A stretch of 63,913 nt of DNA, filler included, from Intoshia linei (Eukaryota > Animalia > Orthonectida), in assembly GCA_001642005.1 (NCBI GenBank). It is 4 parts of 4 records of this genome, joined end to end, with 100 filler letters (N's around TTAATTAATTAA, not from the genome) between each part and the next. Parts side by side here need not be neighbours in the genome. Positions count along the whole stretch, not along the records: positions 21,783 to 52,992 come from LWCA01000345.1; 3 more parts are not named here. One strand, 5' to 3'. A program made the translations under genes and the position numbers. The number at the start of each line of letters is the position of its first letter. Positions within the stretch are counted from its first letter, which is position 1. This document shows, one piece after another, positions 21,783-35,118 of the stretch. The notes beneath the pieces are model-generated. The model did not search any database. It had not been told where the DNA came from and was given only the letters and a program-made list of their open reading frames with translations.

Positions 21783-23159
21783 AAATTATGCTGTGTTTAT
21801 CATAGAATACACAGACGTGTGAAGTGAAATTACAGTGTATAGTATAGAATACACAGACAGCGAAAAAGTTAAATTTTATTATAATAATTGTAAAATTATT
21901 ATATATTATTTTTCAATAATATATATGATGTGAAATTTACTATCTTTAATAAATTAGTATTAACAATGGCTTATTATGTTCTAATGATTAATATTTATCT
22001 TGATTAAAAAATTTAAATTAATTAAATTTAATATAAACTAGTGTATACAATATATTTACTTTCTTTAAATTAATATATTGAATTGAATTATATGTATTTT
22101 CTACGACTTTAACATTTAAATCAGTTTGCAACCAGTTCTCGTGTTTAAGAAGCGGAATAAATAAAAGAAGAGAAAAAGTATAAAAAAAGATAGAAAATCC
22201 TTACTTATATAACATTATTCATAACTAATGATATATCTGTCTGTTTATGTGTTTATTTATTTGTCAGTTATAGTTTGTTTAAGAAAGTAATAGGTGTAGA
22301 GTTTTAAGAATACCCAATGTCTAATATAATTTTTATAGGATGAGGTTTTGGCGCAAATCTCATTTTTAGAAATTAAATCCTTTAAGGTCAAAAGCCCAAA
22401 TTATCGTTTTTTTTAAATCAAATGAATTCTAAAATTTAAAGCAGTGATACATATTTAAATAAATTATATATTATTAATTACAATTATGTATTTATATTCT
22501 ATTCACTAATTCTATATATATTTATGTATGTTTATATTAATTTACTAACTGAATATTACAAAATTTAATGTACATTATTTTGAATATAAAATAATATACA
22601 TGCATACATAATGATGTATAAAGAAAAAAAAATTGAATTAGTATTAAAAATATAAATTACATTCTATAAATAAATTTGAATAAACGATCCTTACTTATAT
22701 ATTAACCTGTGTCCAAAAACACCTTTTTTTGAGTAAACAAAAAATAGCTCACGGGAAAAGATGAGCAATTTTGTGTATGTTACGAATATCCATTTGAAAA
22801 TATTTGAAATCAAAAAAGACCACGGACTTTTGCCCTAAATGTCCTTTAAAAAAATGAAAATAGTGTCAAAATTCATACTAAATTTATAATTGAAGCTTAT
22901 TAAATTAAATAATTCATAATTAATTTTTCGCTATAATGTAAATTAAATTTTTCTCTATCAGATAAAGATTTAAAGTAAAAACATAATACATAATAATATA
23001 GTTAAATCACCACAAAAATTACTTTAAGATAAATATTGTTGTAAAAAATATATAAGAAAAGAAGGAAAATAAATATATAATTTTACATAGAATAAATTTA
23101 CAATATTTAATTCTTCAGTTGAATCTCATTTCAAAGTCATTGAAGTATTTCATCAAAAC

Positions 23160-24530
23160 GTGTTACAAATTTTGAAGTGATTTAGAGTGGTGTATTTTTT
23201 CATTAGCCATTCTAAACACCCTTTCAGCTAATTTATTTGTGCAAGGATTTAAATCAAAGCCGGTCAAATTATTTTTTACTAGAACGTTTTTGGATGAATT
23301 ACATATTATTTGACAGTTTATTAATTTGATCCAGTTTATGTATGATCTCACTCCAAACCATTCAATGGACCAATAATGTATAATGAACGTATTTCAACTA
23401 AATATCTTTTCAGTAGATTCACCACATAACTCAGCTATAAGTGAATATATTGCACGGCTATTCCATCTTGCCGCTCTAATGGAAGGGGCTGATTTCGTAA
23501 ATTGATTATTGCAAACCAATGGGTAGTACGAAAGTAACGAACAGCTTCAACACATTGTAGCAACAATAAGTAATCTCTTCTTCGTTCTTCGTCTTTAGGG
23601 AGGTCATCATAAAATGGTAAATTTGAGTCTGCTTTGTTATTATATAATATTTGAAATGTTTTCCAATTATTATGCAATTTATTTATGAATTTATATTGAA
23701 AATTTGGACCTACGGTTACATTGAAAAATATATTAATGAATTCTTATGTTTTAAAATTAGATCAAGGATATGTAATTTACATGGAGAATATGTGCAATCG
23801 GAGTATACTCGTTGTAATCGAACGATAACGCCATTTTTACATCCTGTATTTGTAGGCTCAGTGTCAGTGACTATATTTATAGGAGATAATTTATATTGTT
23901 TTAATATTGACAATATTTTTTCAGATATAATATATGCGGATTTGTTGGGTATTTCAACAAATCCTATCAATTTTTCATCAAAACAGATTGCCAGAATATG
24001 TCTTTTTTGACTATATAAATTGTATTATTTTTTACCATCGAATTGTAAGACGCCATAATCACTTACACATGGCTTATTTGCTTTCGCCTTTTTTATAGTA
24101 AATTTATTCAATGCGCTCCGTGTTGGTGGTTTCATTCGATCATCTCCGAATTTATTATACATAACATCAAGTACAATGATAGTTTGAGATAATGACAGAT
24201 TTGCCTTTGCACGTAATTCTTCAGCCAAATCTGTAGATATTTTATCTTTTTTAATGTTTTCACTAAATGAATCAAGAAAATTAGATTGTATTTTTGCGTA
24301 ATTATTATTTTGATTAAATGTGTCAATACATTCGGATGATCCCGGTATATCATTATCACTTTTTAATTTTTTAGAAGGATGTATTTTATATTCAACAATT
24401 GATGTAGTACAATAACCAATACCTTTTTTTTGATTATTGTAGTATACTTTATCCAGAGGTGTTTTGAATTCAGGTTTTGATGTGATCACATCAAATAAAT
24501 CCTTACATTCTATATAATTTTTTTTCAATC
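23160..24530 (-). mobile_element. Degenerate hATm-like DDE transposase
   Basis: LQFDGKK...IVTDTEPTNTGCKNG...CKLHILDLIL...TNKLAERVFR spread over frameshifted ORFs. Confidence 0.7.
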
Positions 24531-25791
24531 AAAAGATGCTTTATGAATCACTAAACGCATGATTTGACGCGGTTGTCATCGCGATATATTAGTATAAAGT
24601 TCAAGTTCCAAAAATTAAAATTTTTTACACATTTCAATTACAGTTTTTTCTGGGGGTGTTAGCAAAATAAATTTAAATCTGAATAAGTGTCGCCTTCACG
24701 ATCAAAAAAGCATTTTAGTATTCATATATTTTCTTTCCGAAATATTTTATTAAAACAAAAAATGTGAAATAATTAACTCTCCGAAAATTTAAAAAAAAAT
24801 TATTCTGATAGACCTTATTACAGTTGATTTAAATACAAAATTTCAACCCGAGAAATTTACGCATTCCCGATGAAAAATAATTTTGAATATATTATCAACC
24901 AATATTTTTCAGATATTTCGATTAAAATAATTAAAATAAAATTGAAAATGTAAATATTGATCCTACAATTTAAAAAAATGTGCATTGTAACGGCTACACA
25001 TTTCCAATAATGAAATATAGGTAAAAATATATATAATTCATTCCTTAGAAATTTTTTTCATATAGCAATTTCTACATCATCAGTCTATGAATTCTCGCTT
25101 AAGAATATTATTAGAGTGAAAACGTTTTATGTCATGAAAATCTAATGAAATATTAAATTCATTATGTAACCATTTTTTTCATAAGAGCCACATTTTATCA
25201 ATATAAAATAATTGAGAACATTTATATCAAATAGTATAATATTAAATATTTACATTATTTAATTAAATGTATAAAGCTACATTTGTTTCATAAGTATGTT
25301 TAACGTTGGCTCTATGACATGTTAACTATATTCAGTGTCAATATATACAGGTCTGACTAGTAGCAAAATTAGGTGGGGTGGAGGGGCGGTCGCCCCACTC
25401 CTCAAATAATTAAATCAACTTTTACATTGGACATACAAAAATCTGGGTTTCAGAAATGAGTCTTAGAAATTGATTACTTTTCTTTTTCACATCAATTGAT
25501 TTGATTTGAATTTAGTATATTTGCATTATTTTGGTTAGTAGAATTATGAAATATCTGTAAATTTAACCAATTTAAATTGAATTTACGAACTAGAATAATA
25601 ATTAATATAATAATAAATATTTACCGTGAATTCCAACAATATAATGACAAATTCTAAAAAACGTAATTTCATATGACAAAAATATAATCATAGATTTCAA
25701 CACTATAATCAAAAATTACAACAATATAATTATATTGGTGGAATGCACTGGATTTACTCATAATTAATATTATACATATTGTAGTGTATAT

Positions 25792-26392
25792 TAGGGTGTC
25801 ACATTTTTTTTAAATTTTTAGAATTTAATGGGCGGTTAGTAATCAATGTGTGTATTTTTAAAATAGAAGCACCATGTCGAAATTAAAAATATCTAATGAT
25901 ACTTATCCGAGTTGCGCTCATCATTTGAAATATCCTTTTGAAAATCGTATAGAAAAATTTAAAGTTAACTTTATTTTTTTGCAAAAACAACATTGTGTTA
26001 AATTGTCATGGTTTATATTTTATGGTCTCAATACCCACGCTTAACTATGCAATTCAATTTTTAAAATTTGGTTCTAGCTCGATTTTTGTGGTTTTTATCG
26101 ACGTTCAAATTTCGGATAGATTGAAAATTTTATAAACATTATTGCATAAATAACCGAAATTTGAACGTCCATAAAAATCACAAAAATCGAGCTAGAATCA
26201 AATTTTAAAAATTGAAATGTATAGTTAAGCGTAGGTATAGTTTCTATACTATTTTCAAAAGGATATTTAGAATGCTAAGCGCAACTCGAATCGGCATCTT
26301 TGCAACACCCATTCTAGATTATTTTATATATCATGATAATACACCATTTCCGCACTAACCGCCCTTAATTCTTTGATGAGTGTGACACTCTA
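25792..26392. mobile_element. Palindromic non-autonomous hATm-type MITE
   Basis: TIR TAGGGTGTCACA / TGTGACACTCTA, perfect 8-bp TSD GTGTATAT, long internal inverted arms ~26036-26235. Confidence 0.9.
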
Positions 26393-26520
26393 GTGTATAT
26401 TTACATGCTAAAAATAATTCGTAATAAATCGATCATTTGGTGATAAATCTGTCATATATTGGTTACAGTTTAAATAATGAAATATAATGTATAATAAACA
26501 ACGGTATTATTAATATTTTA

Positions 26521-29410
26521 CCTCAATTTTCAGGAAGAAGTGATTATTAGTTAACTAATCGTTAAAGTTTAGAAATTATCGAAAAGTCTGATAAAGATAT
26601 AATTTAATTTAATTCGATTAATTTTACTAATGGGCGATGTAAACATTATTCATCAAAATCAAAACTTGGGCCCTAATATAAAAAATAATTGGAATCACCC
26701 GTATATTCCATATATTGTGATTTTTTATGTTTTTGAATATTATTCTTTTATTTTTTATAAATATTACGTGATCGAACAGCTAAAATAATGAAATGTATAC
26801 AAATTTAAATCAATTATACCATGATTTTTTAAGTTTTTTACACCACAAATAATGTCGTCTTTTTCAAAATATCGCATACATGAAATTGTTAATATTCTAG
26901 ATTCAATCTTGTTGCGATATTCTTGTATTCGTCGTATTTCCTCCTTTTTACTTTTTAGAAAATCGTCAACCTCTAATAAATCTTCGTCATATATGTTTAT
27001 TTGTAGTACAAATTCGTCTTCTAAAAATTCGTTTCTATTTAAATCGGCACTAAAATTAATAGTATTATAATTACAAATAACAAGTTTTGATTTAATACCG
27101 TACATTAATATTAAAAAATAATAAGTACCAATAAACGCAAAACGACGTCTATCTGACATATAGTACATAAAATATATTAAATTAACATGATGTCGAAAAA
27201 ACACCAAAAAGCTAGATTTCCAATGCCAAAGTTACCTGTATCAGGTGGACAGTAGTATGAAAAATATACAGTACAACTTGCGATAGATATTGGATTGTGG
27301 AGTTAGCTACTGTTTGTACGACGTACAAAAATGAAAGTCAGTTATATATAATTAATTTTATAGTAGTAGTAATGGTAATCCTTACTTATATAATATGCTA
27401 CGCAATATTTTTTTGTGTGTCTGTGTGTCTGTGTGCTCCTGTTTATTTTAATAACTACCAGTCTTAGAATTTTATAAAATCGATATTTCAATTACAGTTT
27501 TTTCCGGGGGTAATCGCAAAATAAATTTCAACCTCTCAAACTCACATATTAACCCAAAAATGGTCAAAAACCCAAATTGTCCTTTTTTTGAAAATCAAAC
27601 GAGTGGAAGAATTTAAAAAAATATACATGCTGATATGAATTTTAAAATCATAAACATTATCATCAATTTAAATTAAAAAAATTATATCTTCACGGGCAAA
27701 ACCCTAAATTACCCTTCTTTTTTTAATGAAAACAGCCCTATAATTTCAAAAAATTTCAATCCGAATAAATGACGAATTCACGGTCAAAAAACATTTTAGT
27801 ATTCATATATATTATTTTTCCGAAATAATTAACGGTACCAAAATTAAAAAAAAGAAGAGATTATGCTGATAGAGTTTATTCCAGTTGATATAAATATGAA
27901 AGTTCAACCCGAGAAAATCAACCAATATGTTTCAAATATTTCCATTAAAATAAAAATTGAAAATGAAAAAAAATGTGCATTGAACGTCTTACACATTTCC
28001 AATAATATGGGTGAAAATCTATATAATTCATTACTTCGGAATTTTTTTCATTGCTACGCAATTTTTAAATTTCAAATTTTCATTTTCAAAACATTTAACT
28101 AAAATTTAAATAAAAACTACAACAACGAAACTAAAAGTAATACAATTTTGTTAATATCATTTTTTTATTTATTACAATCCTTTGCAATATTGGTAAAATT
28201 CGACTGAAATATGTTTATAAAGTGAAGATTCGGTTAATTATTTTATACAAATTGGTATTTTTAAGCATTTATTAAATTGGTACTGAATAAATATTATCAC
28301 TTTGAAAATGACAAAATGGGTTTTTATAATTTTTTTTTTCTGAATTTATTTATATATTACAATTTTTAGGATTTGACTGTTTTTACTTTATTTTTAATAT
28401 TATACACATTCTGTCTAATAAATTAAAAAAATGGGATAACAATTTTTTTTAAAATTCTTTACGCAAATGTTAACAAACAAAAAATTAAGATGGAATAATA
28501 TTCTTTCAAGTAAAAAGTAATGATATGATGGTTCCACCTGCAACAAATTTGGGAACCACTTCTTTCACATTCTGTCTAATAAATTAAAAAAATGGGTTAA
28601 CAATAGTTTAAAAAATTTTTTACGCAAATGTTAACGAAAAAAATTACAATGGAATAATTTATTTTAAACTGAAAAAATATAATATAATGGTTCCACCTGA
28701 AACAAATTTGGGAACCTCTCCTTTAAAGGATTGATAATAGTGATTTTTACGTTAGTTTGTACGTAGTACATAACAGTCAACCTAGTATTATATATTTATA
28801 ATACATTTACGCGGAAATGCGATAAATATCATCAGTATAATCAAATATATTGTCTAAATTTGCCGTTTTGAACAAATATTTTCCAACTTGTTGAGTTTGT
28901 TCTACATATATTTCCTCTTCAACCCGATAAATAATTATGGGCACATCCTACATTGTTAAAAAATTATTTATATTAAAGTAATTAAAATTACCATAGTTAT
29001 TAAATCTGATATGACTTTTTGCTTTGTGGAATCATCAATAATAACAGTTTGTGGGGATTGATCACTAATAGTAAAATTTGTAATTTTTATTTAAATTCTT
29101 TGATAATTATAATTATCGAAGACATTATTATGATATGACATTATAGCTTAAATACAAGTACGTATATGTATAATGAAGATGGCAAGTAATGTATCTTTAC
29201 CTGACGTATTTTAATAATTAAACGACTCAATATAAGTATTTTTTATTTTAAATCTAGTTACATCTAATTTGTATTTTGAGAATTTGTAATATAATAATTG
29301 ATTCTTTACAAAAAAGAGATTACACGTAGTGATTTACAGGGTAATATACAATGCACAGGTGTGCATTTTACTTTTAATTGTATCTCAAGAACTTTACACT
29401 CAATGTTGAC
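26521..29410 (-). pseudogene. Possible decayed polycystin/PKD-REJ-like extracellular protein gene
   Basis: GT-AG bounded exon-like blocks (e.g. 28811-28948 DVPIIIYRVEEE...YRISA; ~27300 HNPISIASCTVYFSYYCPP; 26521-26672 CLHRPLVKLIE..SDFSIISKL) with in-frame TAA stops; family assignment speculative. Confidence 0.3.
27379..28785 (+). mobile_element. Non-autonomous Helitron
   Basis: A|TCCTTACTTATATAA 5' end, TGTGTC microsatellite, subterminal hairpin TGTAC-GTA-GTACA, CTAG|T 3' end, no TSD; internal ~160-bp tandem duplication. Confidence 0.75.
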
Positions 29411-29929
29411 CCTATATATATACCCTACCCTTTTTTATTCTCTATATATGTCTCCTAAGCAGATTTCTTTTAATAGAATAATTAGCTTTAATCTGAATAA
29501 TTAAAATTCTTCAATATTAACTAAAATATTGATGAATATTGAAACTGAATGTTTATGAAAATCTAGTAATATGTTTGTTTACACTTTTAAAATTACCCAA
29601 TTTTCACAATAATACGACTGTTACGTCGGCTAATTTCCGTTAAAAAAGTTATTTGAACAAGATATTTAGATTGAACGATTGCCTACAAATATTTACACTT
29701 TTTACATTTATTATTACCAATAAGCATAAAAATAGTGTGAATTTATACAATTTCATGTCAGCATAAATAAATGAATCAATATTTACATTAAATGTTCAAT
29801 TTAGAGATCATTACAGCTTTTATCTGAATATTGTCACAATAAAAATGAAATGTGAGTCATCTTATGTGTTCCATTGTTGAAGACAACAGATAAATCAGCG
29901 TTTAAACGCTTCCAATTGCGCAAGGTTTA

Positions 29930-30886
29930 TCTTATTACTACGGCCGCACAAAATTTATTTCGACCTTGAGAAAGTTTACTCTGGAGTCCAGAATCTGGAC
30001 CTAAATTTTAGGTCTAATAAAATAATTTTCTTTAAATTTTAATATCAACAAGTTTTAATTAATAATTTTCATTTAAATTAATCCTTAATTCACTCATATA
30101 AATTAACACCATATTTGTCATTTATCTGAATCGGAATAAATAGCAATAGTAGGATTAATGCAGTGCTTCTCATGGGGGTGACTAGTCACCCCAAGGGGTG
30201 AATTCGAAAATTTAGATGATTGTAGGCGAATCTACAATTTTCAACATATTTCATTAAATCATCCAATTTAATATAATCTTATGAGAAAAAACCGAAATTT
30301 TACCAACCCTTAAGGAAAGAATCCATTTTCCCAAAGTTTTAGAATAAAAACTACCTTATCTGATTCCAAAAGAAAAAACCAAATTTTACCAATCCTTAAA
30401 GAAAAATATCGCTTTTACCAATATTTTTATGAAAAATCCCATTTTACCAAATTTTTAGATCAATAATTCTTCTGACTGATTCCATAAGAAAAAACCTGAT
30501 TTTAAAAAAATTTGAAAAATCTCCTTTTACTAATATTTTTTTGAAAAAACATTAATCATTAATTTTTCGGTAAATAATTAATAATAATTGGACAACAAAA
30601 AAGAGTTCTTTTAAAAACCGATTTGTTGATACATTAGAGTGGAAGACATAAAAAAATATGTAAATATTAATAATGACATAAAAAAAGATATCAGTGAGTG
30701 CCTTGATTTTGTGTGCCCTTCGCTAACATTTGAGAAATTGGGGCAAAGTCAAGAATGTAACTTTTTGATTAAAATATTTTATATAGATCTTAAATAAAAT
30801 CTCATTTTAACTTTTCAATTTGAAGTAAAATAATATATTACATTATGATCAGATGTAATGCCCATGGCCGCAAGTTGTGCACCCCT
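29930..30886 (+). mobile_element. Second copy of the 11517-12389 hAT element, left end eroded
   Basis: High similarity over ~900 bp, ending GTTGTGCACCCCT. Confidence 0.85.
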
Positions 30887-31601
30887 TCTAAGCACCTAAG
30901 TCCTTATTAACGGAATTATGAAATTTTCAATTCCGTTAATATATAATTTTAGTAATGGTAATACCCTGATTAACTGAATATAATTTTTAAAAAAAAAATT
31001 TATTAAATGGTCATATTTCTTGTTATTATAAGTTTTTGAAAAATGTATGACGAAGTAATATACGTTATCAACGGGTCCACAGAATTTTAAACTATTTAAA
31101 TACAGAAATAGTATAAAGTTACAAATGACATTTTCGCAATGATAGAAATTATTTCTAATTAACACCATGTAATTTAATATCTATTAAAATTTTGATAAAA
31201 AAGTGTAATAAATTGACTTTTAATTAGTAAAAAAATGAGTATATTTATGATAGCCATTAAAAATAGATTCTATAGCTTTAGAAATAAAATTTTTATTAAC
31301 GAAATTTTTTGTTCATTCGTTAAGAAAAAATATATAATTCAAAATTTCGTCAAAATGGAATTTCCGCCAACAAAAATTTCGTTAATAAGGACTTAGACTG
31401 TACTAGTATTATTCCCTTAATTTTACGATACTTTAATGTACTTTAGAGTAATAACAAACCAGAAACTATTTTAACTATTTGATTTTGTGATGATCAGTTA
31501 TCAATTAACTAATTAAGATACAATTAACGCTGTAGACTTTAAAGTTTAAACTGTGATATATCGAAATTATAACATAAAATTTGTTTTTATTATAAAAAAT
31601 A

Positions 31602-34286
31602 TTAATCCCAAATCCATCGTTGATACATGGAATTTGAACATGGAACAATAACTATTGAATCTTTATTTACATCGTATTCAATGCATTTCTGAGTTGGTTC
31701 ATGCACAATGGTAAAATTTTTCTAAAATTCAAATATTAAAAAATCGAATAATCCTTATACATATATCCAAGCTTGATTTCCTCCCATATTGTGACAGTTG
31801 AATAGAGATATATTATCTCCACTATAATCCATGCAGAAATCATCTCTACGTATTTCCTTGTTTTTTGTCATGGACCAGTACTAAATGTTTTTAAATATAG
31901 ATAAAATTAAATTTAACCTGATTTCCACCTTGACCATGACATGTATAAGCAATAACGTTTTTATTCAATACTGCAGGAGAATCTACGCACTTATTGGAAT
32001 CAATGTTTTTAATCTAGAAAATATGTAATAATGACAGTTTAAATATACAAAAATAAAAATAAACCGATCCAGTTAGAATAGATTCGGATGGAACATGTAA
32101 TTCTGGGTAAACATTATCGAGATACCATTTGAAATTGTGACATTTCAATTTTTCGCGCAATTTCACACGGTCCAAAATGTCGCCATAATCCATCTATAAT
32201 GACATTTAAATTTATGCAGGAAATTATTCTACATTAATTTTTCCAACCCTGTCATAATATATTTCTTTATATTCATCCATCCAAACTTCAACAAGTCGCA
32301 TCGTATTTATTCTTAAAACATCTTTTCCTGGACGCCAAACATATGGTGATTTATCTCTGAATATATGACCAATTTGGGAGCAAGGTAAAGACTCGAGTCT
32401 TCCACCGCACATCCAAATCTAATTATTTTAAATAAACAAATTTTTACTCATTCTAATTATATTACGTGGTTTCTTATTAAGGGTTCCGGCGCCCAGGGGT
32501 GACGAACCAGAATTTTTAGGGTGGAGGGTGTCAGAAAATTTCATTATAAATATATATTTATAGAAATGATTCCCAATTGGGGGCTTCAAAACTATATGCC
32601 TGGGTGTCCGTGAGATTCAAATTAGAAATAGAAATAATTTTATCAACTTTTGTTTATTTTTATAGAAGAATTTTTACTATTTATTACATAGTTGACGCAT
32701 GTTGGGAATTTATCTCAAATCCTTGAAGTCTGCTAATTTTTTTTATTATTTTTTCTATTTTTTAAAACTAATTTTACCAACACTTAATGGAAAAATCACC
32801 ATTTTCCAATATTTTTTTTGAAAAATCCAATTTTACCAACGCTTAATGAAAAAATCACCATTTTCCAATATTTTTTTAATAAAAAAATTAATGAATGTAT
32901 GCGAAAGACTACGTCAACTGAGCTAACTACTGTCAGTAAAAAGTACAAAACAGAAAAATTATTATCTATAAAAACCATGTTACCAAAATTGTTTCGAAAG
33001 GGCCACACTAGTATGCTAATGTATACTGTACATTAATATAATCTAAAATGCATTAAATATACTTTAAAAGATAGTTCCAAGTTTTCTCCTCCCCAAATAT
33101 CCATTCCTAATAAAAAATAATAATCAGTTTGTTTATTGAATCCATTACCTGGATCATATTTTCCTAAATATTCAAAAAATTTAGTATGAATGGTAAAAAT
33201 GCCACCGGCCATGGTTGGAGATCTAAATTAATTAAAATGTATGAAAAATATTTCTAACATACTCCAATGGATCTGTACTATCATTTCTTGGAGCTAATAT
33301 TCTAAGTGGCACTGAATGCCTACATTTAATATAATAAAAAGTTTAATGGTTAAAAATGTATATATCTATAAGTACCAATTAAAAAGCATATTCCACGTAA
33401 ATCCACCGATTTGAACAGAATCAAGAGGAGTTACTTTAAATTCAAAAGTGTCCTTATCAATGATATCAATCACTGGAACAATAACATTAGTCCAATTTGC
33501 ATCAATTCTGGCTAGAACTGGTTCAATCCAGTCTAAGATGGACATTAAAGTTTAATACATTTAATTATATTTTAGTAAATTGAAATTACAATAATACTAC
33601 TTACGATGTAAACATTCACAATGAGAATCAAGAAATGTAAGAGTTTTTCCTATCGCAATACTAGTTCCAGTCAACCTGGCTTGAATGAGACCTTTTCTTT
33701 GATTATGCCGGATAATCTTGACTTTATTCAACTTTTTAACATAAACGGCTAATGTATCACCCAAATGAGGTAAATTGGATGCATCGTCAACTAGAATTAT
33801 TTCAGCCAAGTATTGAGGATTTGTCATATCCAAAACCGAATGAACCGTCCTAAGCAAAGTTTTCCAAGCTTCATTGTAAAATATAATAATGACGCTAGTA
33901 TCAAGTTGTGTTTCGTTATATTTTATTTTCTTACATCTAATGATTGTTTAGTTTTATAATATAATACTCTAATTAAACCTTTCATCGCGATCATCCCGAA
34001 TAAAACGTCGAACTGGAATGCGATTATTGAGATATTGATTAAACTGATGTTGTTCGTATCCGATTTCATATTCAAATTTGTCACTGTGATTTAATTTTTT
34101 GACATTAATGTAGACTGGTCTACCACCATAGCCCAAGTATGATGTATTTGTATCAACAATGGTAAAGATTGGTGTGGTTTTATAATATGTAAGGTATTCA
34201 AACTCAAAAAAATAAAATAAAAGACAAATTAATGCCAAGAAAATGAAAAATATTATCACTTTAAATATCTTTCTAGGTACAAACAT
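31602..34286 (-). CDS. Polypeptide N-acetylgalactosaminyltransferase (GALNT family), multi-exon
   Basis: N-terminal TM anchor, [23 protein letters not shown] (DxH), [30 protein letters not shown], ricin-lectin [10 protein letters not shown] ... QRWIWD*. Confidence 0.95.
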
Positions 34287-35118
34287 TGTGACTTAAAATT
34301 TTTGATAAAATTTCCACATATCAATCTATGACAAAAACTATGACAAATTGTAAAAGGAGAATTGTGAAATCAGTAATATAAATTATACATACCAACGGAT
34401 TATAACTTTTATAAATTGTATACTGATTTGTTGCTAATTTATCAATTGTTCAATAGTTTTAATTTTTTAATTGTGAAATATTGTTAGTTGTGTATTCCGA
34501 TATTAAAAAATGTGTTGCAATGTTTTATTCAATTAAATTTTTATATTACAGCAAAATTATCAATATTATTGGTTTCGTGTAAAATCAAAAAAGCAACATT
34601 GAGATAATTAATCGCAAAACTAATTTTAATAAAGCAATACAATATAAATATCATAAAACTTAAATGGCACAATACATTATTCAATTTGATATGATAGAGA
34701 GGAAAAATTATTGATTCATCGGAAAATTTTAATTTGATTCATTCTATAGTCAATTATTTAAATTATCAATCATTTTTTAAATTAAAATACAGTAACACAA
34801 ATTTACATTTGAATATAAAAAAAGATACTTAAATATCAATAAAAATAAATTTTTGATGGAAACATGATAAACGATTTTAAATTATTGGAATGATGGGAAA
34901 AGTACAATTTTCGCTAATACAATTTTGATTCGTTGAAGGTTTTGATTCGATGCGAACAGTGATTTGTTTGTTTTTTTTTTGATACTTATTTTGTAATTAT
35001 TAGTATCATAATTATATCGACTCGGTTCAAGCATTTATATTTAAGTAAACCTTAAAAATAGGTTTACAAATAAATAACATATGTCATGTAAACAAATAAT
35101 CAATAATATTTAATTATT

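Noticed and set aside
26521-26672. Many in-frame TAA suggesting stop-codon reassignment
   Set aside because: TAA is the normal terminator of most intact genes here and does not interrupt their frames; decay is simpler
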